Shown one piece after another: positions 46,229 through 60,344 of a stretch of DNA of 64,000 bases. Both the position numbers and the translations under genes were made by a program. The first letter of the stretch is position 1. Every line of letters begins with the position of its first letter. The notes under the pieces were generated by a model that saw only the letters and a list, made by a program, of their open reading frames with translations, ran no database searches and was not told where the DNA came from. The DNA is taken from positions 32,860,001-32,924,000 of the forward strand of contig NC_043012.1 of NCBI RefSeq assembly GCF_006345805.1. The letters are read 5' to 3'. The DNA comes from Octopus sinensis. Lineage: Eukaryota.

Positions 46229-46262
46229 GCTTATATTTAATTCCTCTGAATTAAATATAAGC
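46229..46262. repeat. Perfect 15-bp-arm hairpin about 65 nt upstream of the deacetylase ATG
   Basis: gcttatatttaattc ctct gaattaaatataagc. Confidence 0.9.
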
Positions 46263-46994
46263 TGAGCGAAATTTCTGGACTGGACTGAATTCCACAACAG
46301 ATTTGTTATAACCTTATCTCTCTCCTGTAAATCTATAGATATAAAATAAAAGACGGGGAAATCGTAAAAATGACCCGCCCAGACAATTTGTTAGCTTAAA
46401 TGACAATTAAAACTTTGATGTGAATTAACTGACACAACGATGACGTTAACTTCAAACACCCCAGCTGTAATTCATTTTATTTGGTGACTTTTTTACTCTT
46501 CTTATAGATAAAAATAATAGAAGCAGTGAAATTCTTAGCATAATAAATTGTTACCTCGCGGCAGTTGCAGACCAACTACAAAAATGTCCAAAACGAATTA
46601 ATCATTATTTTTTTTATTGCTGTAGTTTTGTTATCTGTGTTTTCTCTTTTGTTCTGATTTTTCTTCGGGCAGGTGCTTACGATGTCGTTTAATGTAAGCT
46701 GAAGATTGCTTAGTTGATAAGAACTTGATCTGCTAGTTTTGTGGCGTATTTCTAGCAAATATTCCCAACGGGGGAAGTCTCTAAGTATTAAATAGATATC
46801 GTAGGCAGCTACGAAACATTGCTGTTAATAACTCAGTCTATACACAATTAACGAGAACTTCAAGTCTTGTTTTTGTCATACGAAATGCTATAAAATACAG
46901 TTGTTTTTACTCAGCACACCTTCTTATCCACGAGTCTAATTGGGGATCTCTGCGTCTTTCTCTCCACAAACACAAACCATCTTACAAACAATAA

Positions 46995-47345
46995 CTCTGA
47001 GCACCTTTTCAAGCTCCACCCGTGGACATGTTTACAAAGTCAGAAAACAGCACAGCTCCCATGACTTTAGGAAACATTTTTTCATGCTGAGAGTTGCTGA
47101 AGCATGGAACAAACTGCCGGCATCAGTTGTTAGTTGTCGGAGCACTGCATCCTTCAAAACTTCCATGCTTCCTGGGATTTGCCAACACTACACCTGATTT
47201 TCTCCCCTCCATACACACACAAGCATGTATCTGACTCATACACTGTTCGCTTTCCAGATATTTGTACATTACTGCATATACTCTATACGCACTTTTGACA
47301 AGTTGTGGTGCACCTGAGCACTGTATACAATAATTTCATTATTAT
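46995..47345 (+). mobile_element. CR1/L2-like LINE 3' end
   Basis: STRGHVYKVRKQHSSHDFRKHFFMLRVAEAWNKLPASVVSC, stop, 3'UTR and (ATT)n tail. Confidence 0.8.
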
Positions 47346-48665
47346 ATATATGATTAAAATATGCGTGTGTGTGTTTGTGTGCGTGCATGCGTGTGTGTGT
47401 ATGTGTATACATATATACATACATACATACATGTACAATGGGAGAGATGACGCTAATAAAGGCATAGAATAGATAATCACCAGATTAGTGTTCAAACTAG
47501 ATCGAATTCTTAAAATCCAGCGTGGGAGGAATAGAGCAGCAGAACAAGAGTTGACAAGAAGAAATGCATGGGTCGAGCGAATAATAGTAAAATAAAAGAA
47601 CGGCAAACAGTAATATACGGCATCAAATCATTTACAAAGATCTTACATAAACATAAATATAATAAAGAAGAAAAAAAAGTCCTTTACAGCTGTTTCAAAA
47701 ATTCGGTGACTAGTTGATGCAATAATGTATATTATGCAAAGAGGTGTACACAATGATGCATCAAAACATAGAGAAAAGGCAAAAATTAATATTAACACAT
47801 AAGAATGAAACGTTAATCAATTCAAGCTGCAAGCGATACTCAATGTACCTTTTCATCAGATGGAAGGTATGCAAAGAAAAATCAAGCAGTCATACAATAT
47901 ACAAGAAGGCACTACAGTAATAAAAGACGGCGGAAGAGGGGAATAGAGAAGTAATACAGCGCTGAGGTGAAGGCTCAGAAGTAAGAGGCAAAATCAGAGA
48001 AGAAAGGAAGAAAAATCAAAGTGAATAAAAGACCGTTCAGCTGAAAATGTGGAGACAAAATCAGATATATGGAGTAGAGACGAGAGATAAAAGAAGATCT
48101 ATTGAAGGAGAAAGGATTAGGGAAGAAGCTAACTAGAGATCCCTTGCTATGCAAATGTCAGCCCTAGCTTCTCGTGGCTTATATACTTTATAAACATCCG
48201 AGTGTGCAGAACATACAAGAATCGGAAGAGAAATTTTAAAATAAAGTAGAAAGTTAGTAAAGAGACAAAAAGTATGGACAAAATGGAGAGAAGATAACGT
48301 TGGAAAATATAAGGAGGGACAGTAAATATATCTTTCTATAGCTATAAACATACGGTTAAGAACTTTGAAGTTCCATTAGAGTAAAAGCTATGCTAAGATC
48401 GAACTACGCTCGGATGATTTCACTGAAGAGAAAAAGATAAAAGGCATGGAGGGGGTGATTATATTAAAGTGCAGGTAGATAGTTATCTAAGATGATTGGA
48501 GTATGTACACAGATAGTACAAAAGTAAATAATCTAAAGAAATGGTGGCAAGAATCGTATTATGCCGTCTGTTAAGTAGAAGATCACTTCTCTTGTAATAT
48601 TTAAATTGCATGGGGAGCAAACCCCTTGGTACAGTCATACAGCTTTAATGATAGGCCGAGTAATC

Positions 48666-48828
48666 ACTAGTGTAGCTAGGAGAGGGAGGGCGATGAAGGC
48701 AGTCTACCCCGGGCGGCACTTTTAAAGGGGTACCACTTTTGGGTCTACTGTAGGCAATATGCGTTTTTTGTGGGGTCCGGGTGCGACAAACAGAAGGGTC
48801 GCCCCGGGTGGCGCACACTCTAGCTACA
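48666..48828. mobile_element. Degenerate GC-rich MITE
   Basis: gtgtagctag..ctagctac termini and ccccgggcggcac / gccccgggtggcgcac subterminal repeats. Confidence 0.45.
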
Positions 48829-49139
48829 ATTTGAAATTAGTATTCATATTAATTAACGATACAAATGCAGCTCAACATTTTATGATTATTGATAGCCCCC
48901 ATTATTATTAACGAAAATACTTCTGTCATTACAATTAAAATTGTTCGGAACATTATCACCATTTATTTTCTGTAACAATTACTGCTGCTACTGCCGTTGC
49001 TGTCTTCTTCTTCCAATCAGGACTCACGCCATTAGCCTCAAAGAATAATCCCTAATTCGAGCTTACTCTAAGCTACTAAGAATGCGTGTGGAAACTTTAA
49101 GATCCACCCACCACACGCGATGGACTGGCGGTTGCATGG

Positions 49140-49475
49140 GTGCGAAAGCTACGTTGTTATCTTCATTCCGTAAACGGTGGTTTTTAACGGGTGGAGAGCT
49201 GAACCATCCTGGGGTACAGAGGATTCGCAACCTAGACTAGGGTCTGAAAGTTTTACCACATCATAGTGGGTTACACCATGGTTTCTCTGCTTTGTGGCAG
49301 AAGTAGGAAGAAAGAGTGAGAGAGTACAGCGGGGTTCACCCCAGCCCCGCCAGAGCCTCGTGGAGCTTAGATGTTTTTGCTCAATAAACATTCACAATGC
49401 CCGGTCTGGGAATCGAAACCGCGTTCTTATGACCGCGAGTCCGCTGCCCTAACCACTGGGCCATTGCACCTCCAC
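49140..49475 (-). mobile_element. tRNA-derived SINE (family C)
   Basis: Minus-strand head gtggaggtgcaatggcccagtggttagggcagcggactcgcggtc..ggtttcgattcccagaccggg has clear A and B boxes; homologous to 61366-61727. Confidence 0.8.
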
Positions 49476-49491
49476 TTGCTGTTGCTGTTGT

Positions 49492-49535
<44 letters not shown>

Positions 49536-49679
49536 GTTGTAGTTGTAGTAGTAGTAGTGTATTGGGTGCCGGATTTTCAAACTCCATCGAAGTTCTCTTT
49601 CTCCAGGATGTTTCTAACCGTGTTGGAGTTCTGAGAGCAGCTGATTTTCAAAGAGAGCATAATTTATTTATTTATTTGC

Positions 49680-50300
49680 TTACTTCATGCTCTTGCTTGG
49701 CGAGGGTCATCCCAGGTTAGTGGTCCCAGAGACGTCATCGTGTGTAGAGCCGACTGGGTCCACCAGTGCTCTCCATCGCTGTCGGTGTCCGTGCCAGCTC
49801 TTCCTTCCGCATCGTCATGACGTTAAGCCTCTGGGGATCTTCCCCAATCACGTCCAACCATTTGGTGCTTGGCTTGCTATGAAGCCTCTTCCAGCTCGTA
49901 GCTGCTACGTCGAATGTGAGTAACGCCCTGGTAGGATGATCTAGCAAGAGACGGAGGACATGTCCGTACCAATGCATGAAACGGGTAGCTATGAGGTGGG
50001 AGGCTACGGGCTGATGCGCACGTACACACATTTCTTTGTTGGAAACGTGATGGTACCATCTGATGTTTTCGATGGTTCTCAAGGTTCTGCTATCCGAACC
50101 GTCAATCCTCTTTGCCAGGGTCTTCGAGAAGGGCCACATTTCTGCTCCATATAGGAGAATGGAGAGGGTCGATGCGTAATAGATGCGGTGCTTCGTCTTC
50201 CGGGAGATAGAGCAGTGACGCCGACCATATTTTTGCCCTTTGTCTCATCATTGAAAGATCTCGGGAGTTTCGCAAACATCGCCGCTTTTGACATGGTCTT
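49680..50300 (-). mobile_element. RTE-like LINE 3' fragment
   Basis: LAKRIDGSDSRTLRTIENIRWYHHVSN..RFMHWYGHVLR..KPSTKWLDVI. Confidence 0.75.
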
Positions 50301-51570
50301 GTGCTCTCACATAACATTATCTGACTGGTTAGGTTTTAACTTCATGACTGTTGTAATTTTAAAGCTCCACCAATATTCTTTCGACCCTTCGGTTTCAATA
50401 GAGTCAAGTTTGTCTGTTGGTGTTTCTTTTTTTTTTTTTCTTCTTCTTTTCTTATCCAGACTATTCTGGCACTGCGGAAGACATTCTCACACAGTTGGCA
50501 ATAATGTGGTTGATGCCTTCAGTTTTGGTTTTGTACAGCCTACATTTGTTTTCTGCTTTTTACATTGCAAATATTTGGTTGGGGTCTTTTGTTCTTGAAT
50601 TATATGGAGGTCGCAGTGAAAGTGGGATGTCATCAACTTATCGGTCCTCCATGCCAGGTTTTTGATATTATCTATTCATTCTATGGCTTATATCTTTTGT
50701 GCCAAGTACCGATACACTGTCTTCTCAGCGAACTGGCTCATTTTTTATTATTATTTTCATAAATAGAGTTTAACAAGGTTCCTTAGGGAGAGACCTATAT
50801 CTGCTCTGATCTGATGCCTCTCCTCAAATATGTATTGTGTGTGTGTGTGTGTGTGGTGTGTGTGTGTGTGTGTGTGTGTGTATGTATATATGTTTCGATG
50901 GTTCCCAAGGTTATGCTATCTAAACCGCGTGTGTATGTATGATGTATGTATGCAGGTAGGTATGTACGTACGTGTGTGTATGTGTGCGTGCACGCGTGTT
51001 GATGCGTGTATACAGTCACACTCAGAGTATGTATACACACACACACACGCACACATACAGTATCGTATTTTCTCTCTCTCTCTCCCGTACACTTTCCCTA
51101 GATTACACCATTTTACCGTTATCTGTCCGTAATATTCTATTACATTTACATTACTGATAATGGGTGAAGAAACATTTGTTTTCTGGCGATATAAAGACTA
51201 AAAATCAACTTAGCTTAATCTCATGATTTCGTTCTTCGCCACCGACACCACGTTTCACTGATTATTTCCTCTGCTTTCTTTTTTTCTTTATCCATTTATA
51301 CTGGATTGATATAAAAACAGCCATTATAACCGAGAGATGTATTATAATATAAGCAAAATATTTCCTTACTTATCTCTTATCATCACCGACATTTTTTACT
51401 CTTTTCTTATTTTATCTGTGCATCGCGGATAGAATAACAAAATAGCTGTCTCGAAGACCAGATAGAGATATCCGCTGTCACTTCATTTCACAGGATTCCA
51501 TCAGCTGAATTTGACGGATCAGAAAAGGCAATTTCGGGCACCATCTAACGCCAGAGATTTATGATGGAGA

Positions 51571-51978
51571 GGCGGCGAGCTGGCAGAATAGTTTAGTACG
51601 CCAGGCAAGAGGCGTACTAACTATTCAAATTCCGCCGAGGTCGACTTTGTCTTTCATCCTTCAGGGTCGATAAAATAAGTACCAGTTTATCACTGAGGTC
51701 AATATAATTTATTTATCCCTCCCTCAAAATTGCTGGCTATGTGCTAAAAATTGAATCCAATATATATATTTCTTTACTACTCACAGGGGGCTAAACACAG
51801 AAGGGACAAACAAGGACAGACATAGGTATTAAGTCGATTACATCGACCCCAGTGCATAACTGGTACTTAATTTATCGACCCCAAAAGGATGAAAGGCAAA
51901 GTCGACCTCGGCGAAATTTGAACCCAGAATGTACGCATTTCGCCCGGCGTGCTAACGGTTCTGCCAGCTCACCGCCTT
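51571..51978. mobile_element. Two family B SINEs in opposite orientation (+ 51571-51757, - 51767-51978); the second has a 13-bp TSD
   Basis: ggcggcgagctggcagaa head on +; head on - at 51976; TSD aatccaatatata at 51754-51766 and 51979-51991. Confidence 0.85.
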
Positions 51979-52369
51979 AATCCAATATATAAGGAAGTGC
52001 GAAGACTGCATACGACTTTAATAAATCAGAAATATATCAGTACTGAGAAATAAATTTTATCAATCGTTACTTAAATCAATGAAAAAGTGTGACAACTTAA
52101 AATATAGAGTAAAAAAAAAAATCCCCGTAATGGTCTGAAATACTAGCATTGCAGTTTATATAATTTATTTTCTTAATGAAATCGCAGAGTGGTTAAGAAG
52201 ATCACTTTGCAATTGGATTCGATCCTGCTGCACGGCACTTTGGGCAAGTGCCTCCTACAATCACCCCGGTTCATCCAAGGCCTTGTAAGTGGATTGGATA
52301 GACGAAAACTGTGTGGACGACTGTTGTTTACATACATACATACATGATGATGATGGCTGCCCCCTCGTT

Positions 52370-52760
52370 ATCGAGTATGGCCATTGCACGAAGCTTAACT
52401 GTTATCGGTGCTGTGATCGACTGTGACTTTTTAGCCCAGCCAAAGATCCACAATGTCTTGTACAGAATTGGCAGCTAAAACCTTTACCGGCCAATAGCCG
52501 GCTGTAGTTGTAACTGGGCTTCGTGTACCTTTGCATGTCGTTTAAGTCCTCCTGCCGAATTACATTCTCTTCCACATGCCCGACAGATATGATTAGTATG
52601 GTGTGTTACACCACCACCAGTGGCCAGGTTGTCACTCATCTGTCTCACTTTATGACTACGAAGATGACTCTTGAGTCCAGCTTTACATACATAGATACAT
52701 ACCCACTCATCCTGTTGTTGAAATTCCAATGAAGGGGCCTTGGACCAAAGTTAGAAACCG
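52370..52760 (-). mobile_element. LINE 3' fragment with C2H2-like zinc-finger remnants
   Basis: CIYVCKAGLKSHLRSH and CRACGRECNSAGGLKRHAKVH, followed by a 3'UTR-like segment and CAT/GAT tail. Confidence 0.6.
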
Positions 52761-54169
52761 GCTCTTTCTCTATTGGCAAGAAATCTTGAAATAAAACTGG
52801 ATAATGACATATATACACACACACACCCGTCCGTCCATCTATCTTTGGTGAGTTAACTTGGGATTACCAAAGGACAATGTAACCTTCATACAATTAAGGT
52901 ATCTTCGGCCTAATGAGTAGCTAGCTGAGCACCCTTCGTTGAGTCATTATTACAGCAGAGGATCTGCTAATTAGGAAACATATGAAAGCTGGATTTTACC
53001 TGTTCCACTTAGCGGTGTCATATGAAATTGTCACCCATAATTATGACCCTAGTATCGATCTATTGCATTTCAATCTGTTTTAGGGTTAGGGGTGGGGGGA
53101 ATCTGTTTCTTAAACGAAGGACATATTCATACGGCAGAGAATGTTTTCACCTCAATAGACGTCATTGATTAGTCGAAATTGCAGAAATTGAAGAAAAACA
53201 ACAACAAATATCTTACAAACTATAAAATTTTCTCAATAGAGCCAAGAGAAAAAGATGTTTTATAAACACATTCTACCAGTATACGAAGTTTAAAAGTGTT
53301 TAGTTATGTGGAAATTATTTTTAAAAACTGCCGTTCAAACCGAAAAGATCCTATGTACGTATGAATGTATGTACACGTGCGTGCGTGTCTTTTATGTCTC
53401 TGTTTGCCCTATCCCCACTGCTTGATAACTGGTATTGGTTTGTTTATCACCCCGTAATCTAGCGGTTTGGTAAAAGAAACTAACAGAATAAGTATCAATC
53501 TTTTAAAAAAATAAGTACTGAAGTTGATTTGTTTGACTAAAACTCGTCATGGCAGTGCCCCAGCATGGCCGCAGTCCAATGACTGAAACGAATAAATGAT
53601 AAAAGATCAATAATATAGTTATTGAACGTCGCTCACAAGTGATAAAGAAGACGTGATATTGTTGTTTTTGACTATGATGGTAATCATCATTGTTGTTGTT
53701 GTTACTCTGACATCACTGAAATTAATATATTTGACAAGTTACATAAATTCAGTTGACGCTGGAGTAATTTTTTTTTTCTTTTTCATTAATTTCTCATAAA
53801 TCAACGTTTTTGCTACGTGTTTTAATTTCAGGTAATACTTGTCACTTTTACCAAATTACAAAACCATACTTTGTCTCTAGCCACAGATAAGGTGGGGCCT
53901 ACTATTCCATCACCACCACCACCACAGCAGACACCTATTAATGGGGCTTGGCTTGTAAAACCTGTCTGTGAAATAAGACCTGTTTAAACCGGTGCATTTT
54001 AGTCGATATAATTCTACACGTAATGACATTTGAAATATGCAAGTCGTATGTTGAATGATATGATGAGCCAAATGACAAATTTATTATTATTTTTTTTTTT
54101 TGAGTGGGGATCAAGTTTTGTGCACATTTCCGTGCCAACATTCATTTTCTTTGATCAAGTTTTGTACTT

Positions 54170-54620
54170 CATCATCATCATCATCATCATCATTTAACGT
54201 CCGCTTTCCATGCTAGCATGGGTTGGACGATTTGACTGAGGTCTGGTGAACCAGACTCCAATCTGATCTGGCAGAGTTTCTACAGCTGGATGCCCTTCCT
54301 AATGCCAACCACTCCAAGAGTGTAGTGGGTGCTTTTACGTGCCACTGGCACGAGGGCGAGTTTGGTGGTACTGGCAACGGCTATGCCCAAATGGTGCTTC
54401 TTATGTGCCACCTGCACAGGAGCCAGTCCAGCAGCACTGGCGACGACCTCACTTGAATATTCACATGCCACCAGCACAAGTGCTAGTAAGGCGATGTGGT
54501 AATGATCACGCTCGAATGGTGTGCTTGACGTGCCATCGGCACGAAGGCCACCTTGTTGCTCTGGCAACGATCTCACTCGTATGGTACTCTTAGCGCTCCA
54601 CTAGCAACGGATGCCAGTCA
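54170..54620 (-). mobile_element. Family D SINE-like element with (CAT)n tail
   Basis: catcatcat..ttaacgtccgctttccatgctagcatgggttggacg plus the internal tandem modules. Confidence 0.82.
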
Positions 54621-55239
54621 CCGAATTTATTCTTATTAACTAAATCTCTCTTAGAATTGACAGAACAAACAGGAGACAGCTATGTATAGAATATATTCAA
54701 TGTTGCAATTTTATGCCAGAACACTGAGGCGATAAATGCAATCATTTGGCTGATATTCAGGTGTATCCACCGACAATTAATAAACTCAATTGACTTTCAA
54801 TGCAAGAATTGTTGTGAGAATGGCTCCCAATGATATTAGCTGAGTAAGTGAAGTAGACTGCATCGGTAGGGGGAGGTCACCATGTGTGTGTGTGTGTGGA
54901 GAGAGAGAGATATGTAGGTAGATATAGACAAATTGGTTGATGTATGTGTACGTGTGTGAGTGTGTAGGTCTATATGTATGCATAATTATATAATAAAAAT
55001 CACTAATCTTATGGAATACAGCTACCCAGGGTTTCCTGATCAAATTATTTACTTTGCCAATTTTCAAAATGTTTATTAACTAGGTTCGAAGCAGTTGACA
55101 TTTGAATGAGAATGCAAACATCAAAAAAGACGGAGAAAAACACAGGGGAGAAAATTAACCCAACAACAAACACAACCCAGTGTCTTACACATTTCAAAAT
55201 TATGTAAACCAGACTTGAAAGGTTTATGATGTGTCGAGT

Positions 55240-55505
55240 GGTCTTTCTTTAATTTCCGCTATTTTTTAAAATGTGTACATAAAGAAAAAAAATCTTGCTC
55301 CTGGATTTTACAGTCATTGAGGTTCTTTTCCAGGAAAAATATTGAGTATCTTTTTGACATGTTAATATAGAGCTTGTCTTGGAAAGGATTTTCCATTTGA
55401 TGTTGTAGTTGAAGCTTTTGTCTTTATGGTTCCCAATCAGTGCTGAGGGAGTTGTTGCTCTCCCATCTATCTGGTACACTTGCAAGGCCCCTCTTCTAAA
55501 ATTCA
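55240..55505 (-). mobile_element. Penelope-like element remnant (GIY-YIG endonuclease C-terminal part)
   Basis: ATTPSALIGNHKDKSFNYNIKWKILSK..LTCQKDTQYF..KSRSKIF resembles the end of Penelope ORFs. Confidence 0.55.
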
Positions 55506-55509
55506 CTTG

Positions 55510-56430
55510 TCCGTGACAAAAACTACTCCTCCACTACTGTTCTGACCCCATCTACAGAATTCATATTTTTTCCGTTCAAATGATTTTGAAGACTGCAGAA
55601 TAAATGATAATCAGATGGGGCAATATCCGACAAATATGGTGGGTGGGGCATTGTTTTCCATTCAAACAGCTCCAGCCTTTGGAATGTCATCCTTGCTGTA
55701 TGCGGACGAGCATTATCCTGATGGAAGAACACTTTTCATCTTGAAACCAAAGATGGTCATTTTTCTTTTAGCGCTAGCTTAAGCTGCTCAAGCTACTTGC
55801 TGCAGATCTCCTTTGTTGTCGTTTGGTTTGGGTTTAAAAGTTCAAAGTGGACTAAACCTTTCATATCCCAAAAAACAGATAACAACACTTTACGTGGGTG
55901 AAGACCTTCTTTAGCCTGGGGTGCCTGTGTTTCTCCTTTCCCTACCCACCGTCTTTGGTGCTTGACATTTTAATAGAAAACCATTTCTCATCACCAGTCA
56001 CTATTTGGTCCAAAAAAGCTTCATTTGCAATACGTGATAGCAAAGAAGAGCTCACATTCACTCTCTGTGCACAATTAGACTTGGAAAGTTTCTGAGAAAC
56101 CCATTGACCCAATTTGCTGACTTTTCCGATGGCACGCAAGTGACAATGAATGGTTGAATGCTAGTTCCTCAACAGTTATGATGGGATTTTGTTCCACCAG
56201 GGTTTGTAGTACGTCCTCGTCAAGCTCCATACATCTTCCAGGATGAAGCTTGTCTTCCTGGCTGTAGTTTCTGGAATCATCATTGGAATTTCTGGAACCA
56301 GCATTGACACTGGCTTATGCTTGTCATCCAATCCCCATATACACAACTTTCTGTTCCGTTGTTGCCTTTATTGAACTCAAAAAGCAAAATATGCCAAATA
56401 TGCTCCTTTGTCACTTCTATTATAGCTTCC
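55510..56430 (-). mobile_element. Mariner (DD34D-type) relic
   Basis: IGKVSKLGQWVSQKL, FLDQIVTGDEKW, FFHQDNARPH and HPPYLSDIAPSDYHLF; frameshifted. Confidence 0.92.
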
Positions 56431-57797
56431 AAATATTAAAAAAAAAAACTGTTAAAATCGAACAGCACTCTTCAAAACTTGCACTAAGAATAAGGACAAG
56501 GTAAAATGACTAGCTGCTTTATTAGCAAGTTGATGCAGGTAGTTTATCCCATCCCGCTCCGACTTTTAGTTCATGCAATCGAAACAATCGCAATGGTTAT
56601 GGGAGGATCCAAGACTAAGCTCAACAGCACATCATTGCCGGGCAATTTTTACAAAAGAATGTCTTCTATAAGTTTTGGCTTATTCCATGTCAGGCCATGC
56701 CTTCCTCAACAGATAGGCCTCTTGATCAGGACAGATTTGCGCAATTTTTTGCAAAAAAACATCATTGAGGGGTTTCATTTTAAAATTATTTACATGTCTG
56801 TTCGACTGTTTCACATGACTTTATTCATTAAATGTTCTTACAACTTAGGTTGATGTAATGCTTTGCTTTTGTTTGTTTTATAAAAATTCCTCCTTGTAAT
56901 GATTTTGCTTTCATTTTCTGATGGACAGCTACCATGCAGAAAATACCAGTTTACAAATCCCGTTTTCTGATTAGATAAAATTGATTAAACTTTAAATTGC
57001 AGCCACATTTTTCTGCAATTTTTCTGGAATAAAATATTAAATCAATATAAGTAAATGACAGAAGGCATAGATACATGTGTCATATCTTTTATTACATAAA
57101 ATGTCTGAGATCATTCTTGCTTTCAGTTTTCAAACTTGTAAGACTCTTAAGTGACAATGCATGAACCATTTGTACTAGAAAAAGCTTACATTAGCTGAAG
57201 TAACTAATAAACATAATAATCATGGAACTTCAGTAAAAAAAAAAAAAATCATGAACATGAACAAATAATGAGTTGTAATCAATAACATGAACATTTGAAA
57301 ACTGCATGAAAATCTCTTGAATATGAATAGTAGCCAGGCTTTCCATTAATGGTGAACAATAAAAAACAAAAAATGAAAAAGACTATTCACTATCTTCAAG
57401 TAAGGTAAACAACTACAAATCAAACAAGAACAATGACCAAAGTGTCTTTTGATGTAAACCAATTCTTAAACAAAATAAGGCACAATGTATTTTAAATAAC
57501 TATAAATAGGCAACTGAAGTGAATATCGTATTTTAACAACAGATGACATAATTAACAGGCTCTGGCTACAAACAGAAACAAATAGTTAAAAGTTGGTTCC
57601 AGTTTTAACAAACAAACATTAGAGGTTCCCTAATTGCTATTTACTTAGATTGAATAATACAATCAGTGAAACATCACAAATATGGCCAGAATGTTGTAAG
57701 TTGGGAATAAATTCTGTACTAAATTGTCCATCTAATCTTGCTTTCTACTCACATAAGTCAGCTTATAGACTTTTAATTCATACCAGCTACAAATATA

Positions 57798-58029
57798 TGT
57801 TTCTTTATTACCCACAAGGGGCTAAACATAGAGGGGACAAACAAGGACAGACAAACGAATTAAGTCGATTACATCGACCCCAGTGCGTAACTGGTACTTA
57901 ATTTATCGACCCTGAAAGGATGAAAGGCAAAGTTGACCGTGGCAGAATTTGAACTCAGAACGTAATGGCAGACAAAATACAGCTACGCATTTTGCCCAGC
58001 ATGCTAATGGTTCTGCCAGCTTGCCGCCC
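57798..58029 (-). mobile_element. Full-length family B SINE with a 20-bp TSD
   Basis: TSD tcataccagctacaaatata at 57778-57797 and 58030-58049. Confidence 0.92.
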
Positions 58030-59389
58030 TCATACCAGCTACAAATATAGCCAGCCTAATTAGTTCATTTAAAGTCATCATGAAATGAACAGCAGTGAAT
58101 ATTGTGAATAGTTATTCAAGAACACAAGACGTTATCTATAGTATACACTGAAAACTAGGAACCAATATTTGAGCTTAAATCAACACAAATGTAGAAATAT
58201 ATACAAGGAAAATTGCTGAAAGTATAAAAATAAATACATTTTTTACAACCATTAATCATATTAACATAGATGTTGTGTCTATGATTTAGTAAAATAGAAT
58301 TTTGGTAACATAACAAACCAATGTTCACAGTGAGTGAATATACATACACATTTCATAATCCTTTAATACTGGAGGATACTGATGTGGATAATAACCTTAA
58401 CATTACAAAGATGAAACAAACAAATAGCTTTGGAAACAATAAAAACTAACCAAGCAATGAACAAAAACAAAAAATACTGAAATTCTACAACCAAAAATAC
58501 CAAAATCCATTAAAAAAACACCTCTTGAATAGAAATTGTAAGCAGTAAAGTAAGATCTACAACTATTAAATTAAGTAGGTAATTGCTTTTATAACCAATA
58601 AATATAATCTAAGTATAATGCAAGAATTAAACAAACTTCTTCAAAATAACTGATTTCATAAAGAGAGAGAGAGAGACATAAACTTAAGAAAACTTTTAAC
58701 CTTTTAGCATTTAAACCAACCATATCCAATCAAAATATTCTACCTGTTTTATGTTCAAACTGGCTAGATCTGGCTTCTCACACCAACCCTACAATATCAT
58801 TCTAAAAATTACCGGTTACCTCGTCAAAATCTCAAAGCTATAAACATAATAATGCATGACTAACACAAGACAATAAAAATAAATAAGCATTACTTTGGAC
58901 AGAATAATGTGAATGCTCAACGGTCAAGGCCTCACCCCTGCAACAATCTTTCTTTTTTAAATGCTGTCAAACAGAATTTAAAACATTTTATAATATTTTA
59001 AAATATAGTGAGATATCAGAATACATTTTATTTTCTATTTTTAGATTGTGAAATATCGTGGAAAACTGATGCCATTCATCTGAACATAACACTTTGAATA
59101 TATTAGATAATTAACTTGCAAATTAATTACTTTTTGCTACAATTATATTTAGTTCTTTTGTTGCATTAATTTTTCCTTGTCAATTTACTTCACCAAAATT
59201 TTTTAAAATATAGAAAATTACAAATTTTAATAAATATGTTATAAATCATTTCATTATGTATATGAAATTGAGCAGTATTAAAATAATGTACATAGTGAAT
59301 ATAAAGAAGAACAGGTATAAAGATAAATGTCAGGTAAAGTGTAAATATCTGGATAAATGTTGAGCAAATGAAACCATAAAGAATGTATG

Positions 59390-59391
59390 TT

Positions 59392-59443
<52 letters not shown>

Positions 59444-59671
59444 CATATGTACATACATGTATATATATATATACATACATATATATATATAATATACATA
59501 TGTATACACATATGTACATATATATATACATACATATATACATGTACATATACATACACACATATATAGGTATATTTCTGTGTGAGTTAGAGGTTGAGAA
59601 ACCAACTAAGGGATAGTACCTATCCAATATACTTCTGGTAGTGTACCCAATTTTTCATACCCAAGTGCTAG

Positions 59672-59708
<37 letters not shown>

Positions 59709-60344
59709 CATATATATATATATATATACATATGTATACACATATGTACATATATATACATACATATATACATGTACATATACATACACACATATATAGA
59801 TATATTTCTGTGTGAGTTAGAGGTTGAGAAACCAACTAAGGGATAGTACCTATCCAATATACTTCTGGTAGTGTACCCAATTTTTCATACCCAAGTGCTA
59901 GTTATATATATATATATATATATACATATGTATACACATATGTACATATATATACATACATATATATATAATATACATACATATATACATGTACATATAC
60001 ATACACACATATATAGATATATTTCTGTGTGAGTTAGAGGTTGAGAAACCAACTAAGGGATAGTACCTATCCAATATACTTCTGGTAGTGTACCCAATTT
60101 TTCATACCCAAGTGCTAGTTATATATATATATACATACATATATATATATAATATACATATGTATACACATATGTACATATATATATACATACATATATA
60201 CATGTACATATACATACACACATATATAGATATATTTCTGTGTGAGTTAGAGGTTGAGAAACCAACTAAGGGATAGTACCTATCCAATATACTTCTGGTA
60301 GTGTACCCAATTTTTCATACCCAAGTGCTAGTTATATATATATA

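Noticed and set aside
49400-49475. tRNA gene (also 61655-61727 and other SINE heads)
   Set aside because: A and B boxes are present but no complete cloverleaf; each continues into a shared SINE body.
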